A stretch of DNA of 64,000 bases, from NCBI GenBank assembly GCA_023213395.1, contig CM041465.1:234367741-234431740 (forward strand), in the 5' to 3' direction. Numbering within the stretch: the stretch's first letter is position 1; every line of letters begins with the position of its first letter. Source of the stretch: Cycas panzhihuaensis (taxonomy: Eukaryota > Plantae > Cycadophyta). Shown piece by piece: positions 1 through 13,224 of this stretch. The translations under genes were made by a program, and so were the position numbers. A model generated the notes under the pieces. The model was not told the origin of the DNA. It worked only from the letters and a program-made list of their open reading frames with translations, and ran no database searches.

Positions 1-3000
1 TCGTATAGAATTGTCATGGTTGCGACTTAAAAAAATAAGGGAAAACATCTAGTGTCTCCCACCTTGCAATTAACAAGGACATTTAAAAAATAAGCATGGA
101 GGATCGATGAAATGGTGTGAGAATTGCCGAAGGAACAATCATAACACATGGGAATGTTATTTGATACCTAAGAATAATGAGGGAAAAATACATAATGTCT
201 ATTCATAAAAAATAGAACATGGAGTTACAAGATAATACAAGGGTGAGACAAGACCAATTTGTTGTTTCTTATGTCAGAGATGGGGACATTATAGATTAGA
301 GTATCCACTAGAAAATAAAGAAGGATAATATATATATAAAGAATGTGGGCCAATAGATCATGAATAATCTAATTGTCTAAAGAATAATAAAGTATAAAAT
401 ACCAATTTAGTGGATATGAATTTAGATAAAAAAAAGCTAGCTTATTTGCATACATAAAGTGGAAAATCAATAGGATCTCCTTATATTTAAGATAATTTTC
501 TAGATCTAATAGTAGAGAAGTAATGATTGTAGGAGGCAATAAAAATTATTCAAGATGCAATGGAAGAAGTTCAAGATGAGTCATAACATAAAAGATTTAA
601 GGGCTTGCATTATAAAAGGAGGATAACATAACCATAAGAAGCTACAAATCCTTGGCAATGGTTGTAAACTATAAAAGATATACTTACTAAATTAGGAGTG
701 TTAATCCCTATATCAATAGTATTTAAGTGGTGGGAAGTGGGGTATTTTTTTCAAATGATATTATATCAAATTGAAAAGCTAGTTCTTAGAACCATAAAAG
801 ATATAAGAATAGACCCCATAGTTTCGATGATGTTTTTTAGAACAAACTTATATAGAACTATTATAGATGGGGGCTTAGGAGTAAATGTACTACTTAAATC
901 CTCATGGATAGCCTTGGGAAGGCCTAATGTGGTTGCCCTATATTATTCAATTAGATCAGCTATCAGTTACAAGTAAGGCCCATGGGACATTATCGAATGT
1001 CCTAGTAACAGTTGCAAAAGTAATTGTATTATTAGATTTTGGAGTAGTATGAATGTAGGATCAAAGAAAGATTTATATGACTTTGTTGGAAAGACCTTGG
1101 TTGTTGGATATAAAGGTAATTCAAGATTGGGAGATACATACATTCACCCTTTCAATAAGGGAGAAGACAATAACTTTTCCCTTATGCTCGGATGGGCTAA
1201 AGACAGAAAAGATTAAAGATGAAGGTAGAGCTTCATCTATGATAGTAACCATAGAATCTACACTGAGTTCTTGTTCTAAAACAACTTCCAAATACAACCA
1301 ATGCTACCAAGTAGCCCTTCATCATCCTATATGTTGAATTGATTGTATGATTCTTAGGAAGAAACAGAACTGACTTCATGGTATTATATGGAATACTACA
1401 TGGACTCTTCATAAGAAGAGGATGAGAAGGAGAAACAACTAGAGTCACCTCAATTAGGAAAAAATGTTCAAGGGGAATTTATTCCTATAGTTTGTAAATT
1501 GCCTAAATATAATCATGACTTAGAACAAGCAAAAAATTATTTATAACAATGTATTAAAATCATAAATAATAAATAATAGCAACAATTCTAGTATTTTATA
1601 TTTCCCTGTTCTTAGATAGAATAAGCCTAGATTTGGTATGGCATGCATGCATAAAATTTTAATTCTTGGCAAGAAATGAGTAAAACTTTTTTAATAAGAT
1701 TTTAAAGGAATAAAGTTCCCTTGTCTTAGAATGGGGATGATCTATATATGCAAAGGTGTATTCAGGAATGGATAATATAAGAAATTCAAAAAAAGATTGG
1801 ACTCGGTAGTTGGAGACAATAATTGAAGGAATCTCCTCTATCTGGTATAATTCATGTGAAAGAATAAGACTAATAGATTTGGATGCGATAGTCAAAAATT
1901 TTAATCAAACTTTTATGTATCATAGTTTAAATGAAAAAATTATCTAGGAAAAGGAAGTATATTATTTTTAAATTAAAGTTAAAGAGGAAAATATATAGGA
2001 ACAATAAACTATATATTCCATATTGGAATCTGGAGACCGTAGCATATATAACACACCAGAATATACACTAGGTCTAGATGGAAAAATGGTGCTAGGGAAA
2101 AAATTAAAAATGCAACAAATTAATACTAGGATAGAATAATATCCATGGATGATCACCTTGGTTGATTACTAGAAAGAAGAAATTGTGCAACAAATGACCT
2201 TGCTATTCTTAGAGTATAAGGATATATTTGCCTGGTCTTAAAAGGACTTAAGAGGCATCCCACCAAAATTAAGTGAACACAAAATTGATTTGATAAAAGG
2301 GGCTAAACTAGTAAGGTAAAGGCCATAGTATATGAATCCAAAGTATAAGGAGAAAGTTAAATCTAAGCTGGATAAGATACTAGAAGTGGATTACATTTTC
2401 AAGATAAAAAATAATGAATGGGTAAGTTCCATTATAGTCATTCCAAAAAAAATGGGAAATTGAGAGTTTATGTCAACTACAAAGCTTTAAACGAAGCCAC
2501 TAAGAAGGATTCTATTCTAATTCCTTTCGTAGAGGATATTTTAGAAAAAGTAGAAGGACATGAGGTTTAGTCATTTACTGATAGATTTAGTAGGTACAAC
2601 CAGGTCTGAATTACACTAAAAGACCAATTAAAGATAACCTTCATCACTAAATGGGTTACTTATACATTTAGAGTAATGCCATATGGATTAACAAATGCCC
2701 CTACAATATTGTATACAATTATTCTCAATATTTTTAAACAAATGATAAGGAAAATAATTAAGGTATATTTGGATGATTGGGCATTGTTTACTCTATTTAA
2801 GAATCACCTTGGTTGTTTACAATTAATGTTTATAACTTGCAAAAATAATAATTTCTGTTTAAATCCTATGAAATACACCTTCATGGTGTCATTTGGGACC
2901 TTATTAGGATATGTGGTAATAAAAGATAGATTGCTTACAGATCCAAATAAAGTAGAAGTGATTTTAAAATTCCCATTACAAAAAATACAAAGGTAGATTA

Positions 3001-4880
3001 AAGGATTCCTAGGGATGATAGGGTACTATCAAAAGTTCATAAAAAAATATACTCAAATAGTTAACCTGCTAGAAATCCTATTGAAAAAAAAGACTAAATG
3101 ACAATTGCAACTTCAACAACAATTGGTATTTTAATTATTAAAAAAGAAAATAGCCTAAGTACCAATTCTTAGATTTCTAGATTAGGATAAACCCTTCCAT
3201 GTATATGTAGATGCCTCTTATTTATAATTGGGTGTCTATTAACATGGCTAGAAGATGATTAAATTAATCTACTAATTTATTTTGCAAGTAAAAAATTAGC
3301 ATGAGAAAATAACTATTCAATAACAAAACAAAAAGGGTTAAGCATGGTATATTCTCTCTAGAAGTTCATACACTATTTACTAGTTAACCCATTTATTTTT
3401 TTTTGTAGATTATCAGGCACTTCAATATTTAATTAATAAGCCCATAGTTCAAGGAAGAATTAATAGGTAGCTTATGTTGTTCCAAGAGTTCAATTTCAAG
3501 ATCATTGTCAAGAAAGGAGCTAAGCATATAATTCCAGATTTACTATCAAGGGAAGTGGATGGGGAACTAGTAATAGAAATCTAAGATGATTTTCCAGATG
3601 TAGAACTATTTACCATCCAAGCAGTTCCTAAATGATATGAGGATATAGCACAATATCTAGTAATAGGATAAACACCACTAGGGATGGAGTGTGTTGAATG
3701 ATAAATCTTTACCAAGAAAACTTTTCCCTTCTAATTGATTTAAGGAATGTTGTATAGGATAGGATTCAATCAAGTCATAAGGAGATGTATAATGGAACAT
3801 GAAGTAGAAGTTGTTATCAGAGAAGCCTATGAAGGAGTTACAACAAAACACCAAGGTACTAAATCAACAGGTAAGAAAATCTTATTGGCAAGACTCTAGT
3901 AGCCTATAATCTTTAAAGATATACAAAAGTAGGTTTAGAGATATGATCTATTCCAATGAGTGGGAACGCTGGCAAAAAATCATTTCATACCTTTGTGACC
4001 TATATTGGTTCAAGCTCTATTTGAAAAATGGGGATTAGATTTCATTAGATCTATTAGTCCACTAGCTCAATATGTAAACATAAGGTACATTTTGGTTACT
4101 ACTGATTTTCTAACAAAGTGGACCAAAGTAAAGGTAATGAGGATGTACGACACTTAAAGTATAGAATAGTTTCTATACAAAATAATAATTATCTAGTTTG
4201 GCTACCTATTAGAAATTATTTTAGATTAAGGAAGTAGCTTCCTTAATGAAACAATAAAACATTTAACATAAGATTTTTTTATTCAACATTCAAAGTCTTC
4301 CTTATATTATCCATAAGTAAATGTGCAAGTGGAAAGCACTAATAAAATTTTGAAGCTAGTATTATTCAAAATCTACAATCAAGGGTGAATAGACTAAGCA
4401 GAGTGACTCCATTCAATTTTATAGGCTCATAGGATAATAATAAAGTAGCCTCATAAGAAACCTCTATTCCAGTTGGTCTATGAACTAAAATTCATACTTC
4501 CTTTAGAATTCTAAACAAAAAATTTGAGAGTGGCATCTGAGCTATGACTGTTTGAGGATGATTCATAGAACCAACATTATGTAAATTTAATGAAACTAGA
4601 TGAAAAATAGGCAAGAGCTTGGTGGGAACTAAAAGTAAGAAGATGAGAAGAAAGGCATGGCATGATCAACATCTCAAAGTACCATAGTTTTAGGAAGGAG
4701 ACCTTATTCTTCTTTATGACAATAAGTTTCAAATTAAACCTAAAAAATTAAAGTTGTTGTGGCTTGTTCCATACAAGATAAACTAAATTCAGTCAAATGG
4801 AGTAGTACAACTCTAACAACTTAACAGAACACTATTGGAAAAACTAGTCAATGGAAGTGAACTGAAATAGTATATAGTTA
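1..4880 (+). pseudogene. gag-pol (PR-RT-RH-IN) pseudogene of the Gypsy element
   Basis: ORF fragments 698-976, 1077-1337 (LLERPWL) and 2676-2996, plus motifs read by eye; many TAG/TAA stops and frameshifts. Confidence 0.9.
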
Positions 4881-4944
4881 AAAAAAAAAAAAAAAAGAGG
4901 ACAAGAACCATATGAATAGAAATTCCCTTATGAATTCAAAATAT

Positions 4945-6230
4945 AGATGTAAGAAGTTATAATTTGGACACAGGAAGTTGCAACTTGTACGTAAGAAGTC
5001 ACAACTTGGATGCAAGAAGTTACAACCTAGACACAAGAAGTTGTAACTTGGATGTAAAAAAGAAGTTACATCATAGATATAAGTGGTTGTAACCTAGATG
5101 CAAGAAGTTACAACTTAGACACAAGTGGTTGTAACTAGGATGCAGTAAGTTGCATCTTGGATGTAAGCAGTTACAACCTGGATGAAAGAAGTTGTAACTT
5201 AAGTGGAGGAAGTTACAACTTGGATGCAAGAATTTGTGACTTGGATGAAAGAAGTTATAACTTGGACATAAGAAGTTGGAATTTGGATAAAATATGTTAC
5301 AACTTGGATATAAGAAGTTGCACTTAAACATAAGAAGTTGTAACTTAGATGCAAGAAGTTGCAACCTAGATGTAAGAAGTTGCAACTTGGATGTAGAAAA
5401 GAAGTTGTAACTTGGATATAAGATGTTGCAACCTAGACACAAGTGGTTATAACCAGGATGTAGGAAGTTGAAACCTGGATGTAAGAAGTTACAACCTAGA
5501 TGAAAGAAGTTACAGCTTAGATGTAGAAAGTTGTAACTTAGATACAAGAAGTTATAAATTAGACACAAGAAGTTGTAACTTGGATGAAATAAGTTATAAC
5601 TTGGACATAGAAATTATAACTTAGATGCAAGAAGTTGTAACTTACATGCAAGAAGTTACAACCTAGATGTATGAAGTTGCAACATGGACATAGAAAAGAA
5701 GTTACAACTTGGATGTAAACATTTATAGCCTAAAGTTATATCTTGGATATAAGTGGTTACAACCAAAATATAAGAGGTTATAATCTGGATGCAAATAGTT
5801 ACAATCATGGCATAAGAAGTTACAACCTGGAAGCAAATAATTGCAACCTGAATGTAAGTAGTTACAACCAAGACACAAGTAGTTATAACCAAGATACAAG
5901 TAGCTGAAATTGAGATATATGAAGTTGGAACCTAGATACAAGTAGTTGCAACTGGGATGTAAATAGTTATAGCTTAGATGGAAGTAGTTGTAACCAGGAT
6001 GCAAGTAGTTATAACCTGGATGCAAGTAATTATAACAAAAAAGTAAGAAGTTGCAACCTAAACATAAGAGGTTATAAGAAATCATAACCAAGATGTAATT
6101 TGAATAGAAAGAAATTGTAACCTAGATGTAAAGTGGTTACAACTAGGATAAAGGGTCATAACTTAGAACAAAATGATTATAACTTAGACAGAAGTAATTA
6201 TAACTAGGCCAAAATTAATAGCAACTAAAA
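4945..6230. repeat. 21-bp tandem array (consensus ~AAGAAGTTGYAACYTRGATGY), roughly 60 diverged units
   Basis: Visible 21-nt periodicity; core AAGTTGCAACTT is a palindrome; units degrade toward 6230. Confidence 0.95.
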
Positions 6231-6759
6231 AGCTAAATGAGTTACAAACTTGGAGTAATTAGTTGAGATTCAGAAATGTCATAAATTAGAGGCAAAATGA
6301 GTATAATGAGATACGACCATCTATAACTTAGGTAAGATGACAACCAGGAAGGTAAAACAGTTATGACTTAGAAAATAAGAATGGTGAAAAAGTCATAGTA
6401 AGCAAGATAGAAGATTACAAATTACTCCATACTATGAGGAGTGGCAAAACCAAGTGTAGTCTAAACAATTGGAAGAAGTAATAGGTAATTAGAAGGAATA
6501 CAATTGCTCCTAATAAAAAGGAAATTCTGTGAAGGAATACAGTGACATCAAATCAACATAAAAGTTGAAGGAAATTTAATTAATGATGACAATAATGGAG
6601 TGGTGAAAATCGATGATAACTAACAGATGCATGTATCAAGATAATACAAAATATAAAGATGGTGATAGGTGGTCAACATGTATTAGAGGGTCAGAAAGGA
6701 AGTACGTTGGGGTTACAACTAAGTAATTACAACCATGATCTAAAGTCATGATGGTTTTT

Positions 6760-8560
6760 CATGGTTTAGTGGAATATAAGTAGTAAATTTGAGGATGAAC
6801 TAGGGAAGTTTTATAAAAGAAATTATGGATGAGCAAGATAAAGGACATCAGATAAATTTAGGTTAAGTTATGGGAAGTAGATGATGAGGGAATCAGGCAT
6901 GCATGGTGGAACATGCCTAAGGAGAATGAAAGAAAAATCAAAGTAACAAAGGTGATATTCAAACAGTTTGTTCAGATTGGGTTATTTCTAGTTGCCATAA
7001 ATTTTATGATGGAAATAATTCAACTGGTAGATCATCAACCCAATCTCTTGGATATTTTAGCAAAATTTATTATGAAAATCTTAGGGTTACTAGACTTAGG
7101 TGAAGAGTTACCCAGAGATAAAAGGATTCCATATGGGCAAGAAACAAAGTAATTGGTTACCCAAATTATAGATGTCTCCATATCTAGTATTCATATTGCT
7201 AGTACTACAGATGACTTGATACATTAGGTGGCTCATTTCCTCTTTACTAGGGTGATATTAATTTAGAAGAACTTGTTTGTACCTACAAAAATGAGATCAA
7301 CACTCTTATGGGTAGTAAAAGGAGATAAGTTCAACTGGGCAACATTTCTTTTAGTTAGATTTTAAAACAAATTGAATAGCATTAAGGCTAAACCTCAGTC
7401 AATCATATTTTATCATCAAAGTTTATTCTAAGTATTACTATACTCTTAGTGTCCAAAGATAAGAGTTACCAAAGGCAAAGCCAGAATAAGCAGCAATGAG
7501 TGGATGGTTCAACCTTTTCAAGGAGAAGGGAGAAATTTAATGAGGGGAGCTTCAAGAAAAAGTGAAGAAGTTTTTCTTGAAGAAGGCTTAAGCTAGCAAT
7601 CTTTAGATGACATCAATAGAGAAGAAAGAGAGGAAATAGTAGTGGGAAGAGGTGAACTTACCAACTGATAAGGAGAAAGAAGAAGAGGAACATAAAGCAA
7701 AAGAGGACAAGAAGAAGAAGGAGGAAATCACAAAAGGAAAATAGAAAGTAGGCTACATGTCAGTCAAGAAGAAAGTATAAGAGCAGTAGCCAACCCAACA
7801 ACCTCAAAAAGTTCCTAACACTAAAGAAGAAAGAAGAAGAAAAAGAAGAGTTACTGCAAAAAAATTAGAAAAAGAAATTTTAGAAATTTTGAACAGCTAA
7901 CTAACTGAGGTGGACTTTGATTTCAATAATGAAGAGCTAACAAAGGAAGGATTGATCCAATGGAATGCCAGCCATACAATGTAGCACACTAGAAGATTCC
8001 ATTCTTGGCCAAAGTTATTTGGAATCTGGTGACTGAGTTGGAAGTTTGGAACAAGAGACCACCACTAGATTTACAAAGAATCCAAAAAGTAGAAGACTAG
8101 TTAACTACATGTGAGGTAAAATTAGGCTTCTTAATTAAGTTTATAATGCATTAGGTGGGCTATACTTCCCATGTAGAGCATTTGATACTAGCTTTCAACA
8201 CTTTATTTGATGAATAGATTCCACTAGGATTGGAGAAGGTGATTTGTAAATTGGGAGCTTGGATAATGTAGACATGAGAAGATGTTGAGTATGCTAATCA
8301 CTTCTAGTCTATGATCAAATCCTTACAATAGGACCTATTGTCATTAGAGACAAGGAAATACAAGTTGGAAGAGGAAATTAAATAATTATATTCATGGAAG
8401 AAGCTAACAATGGCCTAATTACAAGTACTACACAATGTGGTTATCCTCTATGGCCACTATAAAATGCAAGGCATAAATCCACCATGTACAATTTATAGGC
8501 CTGATCCATAGCAGATTCATGTATAAATAGAAAAGATTAAAAGGGACCAAGAAAATTAAT
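6760..8560 (+). pseudogene. Extra (env-position) ORF remnant of the Gypsy element
   Basis: ORF 6913-7152 continues through stops (e.g. KGDKFNWATFLLVRF at ~7320), then an E/K-rich purine stretch (7550-7900) and a coiled-coil-like tail; it sits between pol and the PPT. Confidence 0.55.
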
Positions 8561-8651
8561 CTATCATGTATTGTTTTAAATTCTATTCTTATTTTTCTAA
8601 AATTTTGGTACTTATAAATGAGAATACTTATAATTTTTGTGAAGGGAAAGA

Positions 8652-9013
8652 TGTATATGGCTGTATTAGTTACAACCCATTTTATATATTGGAATGGTTG
8701 AAACTAACTCAAGTCATTAGCAAATATAAATAAAACATTGTAGAGACATCATCATCATTTTTTTTAGATTGTAATGTTTTGTCCATAGTCACACAGAATG
8801 TAGTCATCTACATTCCATGTCTATTGTATTTATTCTAACTCTTATGTGTACTACTCTAGATTATCTCTAGTTGTGAGAGAACTAGAGCAACTTGTCATAA
8901 TGTAGTGATGATGGTTCTTGTTCTCATAACATCATGTCTCTAAATTGTAACAAATAGTTGTAACTTTGTTGTTTATGTACCTATTTCTATATGTAATTAA
9001 ATGAATCGACACA
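8652..9013 (+). repeat. 3' LTR of the Gypsy element (right boundary approximate)
   Basis: TG directly after a purine tract; candidate end ...TCGACACA at 9013; partner LTR not in window. Confidence 0.55.
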
Positions 9014-9656
9014 TAGTGCACTACCCCTTAATGTCCCCAAGAAAAGTCTCATTAGAAGAAGGTCATTGGGAATATAATAAACATATACAAAAGTAAATGC
9101 TTTGACATGACTTGAAGGATCTTGCCTAAGTATTCCACTAAACTTTGGTTACTCAAGAATGAAAGGGGAAAGGCTATAAAGAAAAACCTCAAATGGGGAA
9201 GGGCTATTCTTATAAATAATATGTGGCTTCCTCTCTTAAAGTTACATGGTTATATGAGAGGGGAAATGCTATGAGATAAAGGCTAAATAAGTTTTATAGG
9301 CTTAAGAATAATCCTAGGGCTTATACTTGAGTGAGATGCATGAGCATGAGGTATTAGACCAATGAGTTCTTACATTAGGATATGAGTGTAGAAAGAAATA
9401 AAATTAATCCAAGATGGGTTTTACTCATAAGGATATGTAATAAAGTTTTGAAGATGAGACATAGGTGCTCTATAACCATGATAAAGAAAGAATCCATGGT
9501 GATCCATGGAACAATATATGATAGAGTCACTTTAGAACCAATTAAGAAGCAATGTGTTATACAAGTTCTTAAGTAGATGTGAAAGATATATATATATTTA
9601 GGTTTTGAATATGCAACTAAGAAGCTTTGGAAACTCCCTAGTATGGTCATAAAAAA

Positions 9657-12122
9657 TGGTGTCACATCTTAGGGCCGATCACCTAAAGTGAGTCTCTGAG
9701 AAGATAAACTAAAGGTGATAGGTCTCAAGGGGAAACTCTTTCAACCAATCCCTAAGGAGAGGTCTTGTCTACTTGTGGAGTTAATCAAAGGTGAAAGAAC
9801 TAAATTAGTTTAAGTTATAAAATAGTTCACATATGCATGAGAGAAATAAATCTAGACCTAAATAAATTAAATCACAACAAATAATAACAAACCAAGCCTA
9901 CATATAAATCTAGCATATAATCTTAGTTTGAATAAATACAATAAGGAATGAACATGCAATCAACCAAATCATGTGAGATGTGAATATAATTTCTTCCACT
10001 TTTTTCTTTTTATATTTCTTGAATGACTTGAAATAAAAAAGAAATAATAAAGCACATGTGACAAAGGAGTTATAGAAACTCGTATTTCACTTATGTTTAT
10101 CTTATTGATCACTCTTTTACTTGCATTTTTAAATCTTTTGGATTTACTTAATAGGAAATAAAAGAATAAATAAAGTAAGTAATTACATGCTCAGAAGCTC
10201 TTAGTTCTAAGCCTACTCAACAATTTCTTAACTATCTTTTTATGTGTAAGTAAGAGTGAAGAGTCAAACAAAGCAATTAAGAAATATCAGAAACACACTT
10301 TGTCCTTTCCTTTTCTTCTTCTCTTTTGCTTACTTATGCAACTAAGAAAAAATAACATTGATATTATAATAATTCTTGTGAAGAAAAGGTTTCAAATGAA
10401 ACTTCACAAACTCATTAAGATTCAAATAATAACCATGTTTCACAAGAGAGGCAACTAGTTTGAGTCACCTTTAACTCCATAGAAGAGAGCTGAGATGCTC
10501 ACCTTACTAAATAGATTTATTCCTACTTATCATTCACCTCTTCTCAAGAGCTTGGCTTGATTTACTTTAACCCTTTTTTGGGTCAAATTCATTAAGAATT
10601 ATGAATTGGGAAAAATAGATGTGTATGAATGTGATTACTTAACAAAAAACTATAACTAAAGATTGAAACTAGTTCGATTTTAGGAAATAGTCTTTTAATG
10701 ACTTCAACAATGTGGTAGAAGCTTGGAATCAAAATTGGTTTGATTCCAAGTTTAATCACTCAAAAGAACTAGCAAAAACAACTAGACATTAATGAAAATA
10801 AAAGTAAAATGGCAATTGAAAAACTCTTTATTTATTTATTTATCTATGTTTAAAAATGAACTTAAAATAAACTTTGAGTAATTTCTAAAGCTAACAACTA
10901 ATTTATATAAAGTTATCTTTGATATGAGAGAAATAAGTGGAGTATGACTCAAATTGATGCTTCGCTTTAGCTCAACATATTACCACCAAGTCCAAGTGTC
11001 ATGAGAGTGACAGGTTTGATAGTAAGGATAGTTGAAGGAGAGCATGATGTAAACAAGAAATTAACAAAAACTATAAGAAGATTATCCCAATAAGTTAGTG
11101 AGAAGGTGAGCCTAAAAATTGGATAATAATTAAGGTGAAAGTGGTCCTTCAATCCTTCTAGTAGAATCAATAATTTCTCAAGAAGAATGGTTTTCAATGA
11201 ACTTCCAAATAGCAAAAAAAGTACTACTAATGGTTAGCAAAAATTTGGTATTATTTTATTATATTAAAATAGTCTCTTTGTAAACTCTAATAATGTACAA
11301 GGATTTATAGAGATTAAGAGGAAGAAAGGTGGGAAAGAATACCATGGTATTTTGCCCATAGTTTTGATGATTCCTAATAACTAAATCTTTGAATGGAGAA
11401 AGGTAAGATATAATTACAAGGTAAATAGGTTATGTGAAGTGACACCAAACTCTAAATCTAGGCAATTACCATTAAGAAAATTATAAAAAATTAGCATTCT
11501 ATATTAAATTTTTAGTTACAATAGTTGAAAATGTAATTGTATACTAAAAAAGTCATTAGTGTATTTTATTTATAAAGTTATATTTTTATAATATCAAAAA
11601 TATAACAAAACAAAAAGTGACTAAAAAGTAGAAAACCAAAAGCAATTTTGCAAAAAATAACTTATTAAGGAGTCCAAGATTAGAAAATACATGGATGACA
11701 CTTAAATCACTACAAACTAAGTTAAAAAAGTAATTAAAATAAGGTTAAAAATGATCAAATAACATTATCATACTAAGCATAAAGTTGGACAAAGAAAGGA
11801 AATCTTAGAGGAAGATGGAAATTATGCTAAATAAAAGATTTAACACATCATAATGTTAGTCATTAATAAAAATATCATCATTATCATATATAAACAATCA
11901 CCCAATCAACATTCCATGGCTTAAAATCATATAATTAGTTGAAAGACATGTCTAAATTAGAGACTAAACTATAGGATGTTAAACTAAAAGCAAACCATTA
12001 ATAAATCATGTTATCCAAGAGATATTTGTTATATAAGTACAAGAGATGACCATTGAATGGATTAAGATAACTAGATTATATATGAACCTCATCATGGCAA
12101 GAGGACTGATTATGGTGAAACA
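9657..12122 (-). repeat. Long (~2.5 kb) 5' LTR of family A, with decayed PBS and a truncated internal stub (~9020-9656)
   Basis: On the minus strand it starts TGTTTCACCATA and ends GACACCA, followed by TTTTTTATGACCATACTAGGGAG (decayed TGGCGACC-type PBS). Collinear similarity to 26543-29356 and 59643-62476. Confidence 0.75.
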
Positions 12123-12687
12123 AGTTCAATAGAGAGATATGCAGTGATACCATGTGAATAACAAGCAATCATATAGTATGTTATAGATAGTATCATGAAA
12201 TACCTACAATAAAAAGTAATATTGATGCAAAATCACCATAGAGAAATATGATATAATAACATAGATACTTGGCATGTAAAAAAAATCATAAAATATGTTA
12301 AATAATAGTCCAAATTTTGAAAATGGGATTATAATAAAATGAAGCATGCATCAATCCTTGATCCAATGGTGAAATTAGATTCAAAATCAAATAAATAGCA
12401 CCTTATTTGAGTAGAATAAAAAGGAAATGAGGATTACCCTAAGGTTTTAAATCCTAAGGAGGCTAGAATAAAATAAACCTAAAGAATGGTTATTTATAGT
12501 TAGTTATTATAGAGAATAAATCTTCTAAATTAATATAGAAGTCATTTTTTTTTTTAGAGAAGTATGTTATTTATTAGGAATCAATTATAAAACCAACTTG
12601 AACAAGTGGAAAATATGGCCATAAAAGAAGATGAAATTATAAAAGGAGTATAACTTTCTCATACAATGTCTATTTTTAGACCATAAA

Positions 12688-13201
12688 TGTAGCGGAAGCT
12701 TTTAACTTAATTCAGAAATAACTCAAAGATTCACAGATATTGGTCTAATATAGATTTGAACAGATCTCTTCAATCTCAAATAATAATGAATATTAGAAAT
12801 TCACCATAAAACACTGAAATAAAGTAATGGAAATAGTACTAATAAAGGTAAATATATTATGCAAAATATAAACAAAATATCCTTCTTGAGCAGCGCCTTG
12901 AGGTGGGAATCCTCCAAATATCTCGGGGCCAAAGTCGAGCCAAGCTAGCCCTAGAGCCAAAAATGTAGAAGAGATCCAATTCGAAGTGATGATACCAAAT
13001 GAGGGCTTTACTCCCTATTTATAATGGCTGATTATTATCTTATTTGAAGTCAGCCAGAATTAAGACAGTTCACTAGGAGTGAACCATTAATGAAGTCAGC
13101 CAGAAAATTGGCTTATTGGTCAGCTAATATTCTTGTGCTCATTTCTGAGGTTTAAGTCAGTTGAGAGGCCCCTAAAGAGAGGGTTTTCCTAAAACGCAAC
13201 A
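12688..13201 (-). repeat. 3' LTR of Reina-like element
   Basis: TG...CA termini; direct repeat of 17873-18391. In the first ~195 bp I count 10 differences, all transitions. Confidence 0.95.
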
Positions 13202-13224
13202 AGTCCCCCCCCTGAAAACAATGC

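Larger units (their letters stand above)
1..9013 (+). mobile_element. Degenerate Ty3/Gypsy LTR retrotransposon (non-chromovirus, Athila/Tat-like architecture); 5' end lies outside the window
   Basis: Domain remnants in Gypsy order: zinc knuckle (~335-380, xKECGPIDHE*SNC), protease IIDGGLGVNVL (~860-890), RT MPYGLTNAP...VYLDD (2676-2780), RNase H HVYVDAS (~3200), integrase FEKWGLDFI (~4020) and a GPY-like C-terminus (~4760). These are followed by a tandem array, an extra ORF remnant, PPT GAAGGGAAAGA (8641-8651) and an LTR starting TG at 8652. Confidence 0.9.

Noticed and set aside
5071-6091. Minus-strand ORFs with heptad repeats (LHPGCNF...) that look like a repeat protein
   Set aside because: They are by-products of translating a 21-bp DNA tandem array; frames shift at the lengthened units.
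9560-12122. Thrice-repeated 2.5-2.8 kb sequence read as LINE fragments or a segmental duplication
   Set aside because: It has no RT/endonuclease motifs or polyA tail; TG...CA ends, PBS, PPT and a TSD identify it as an LTR.
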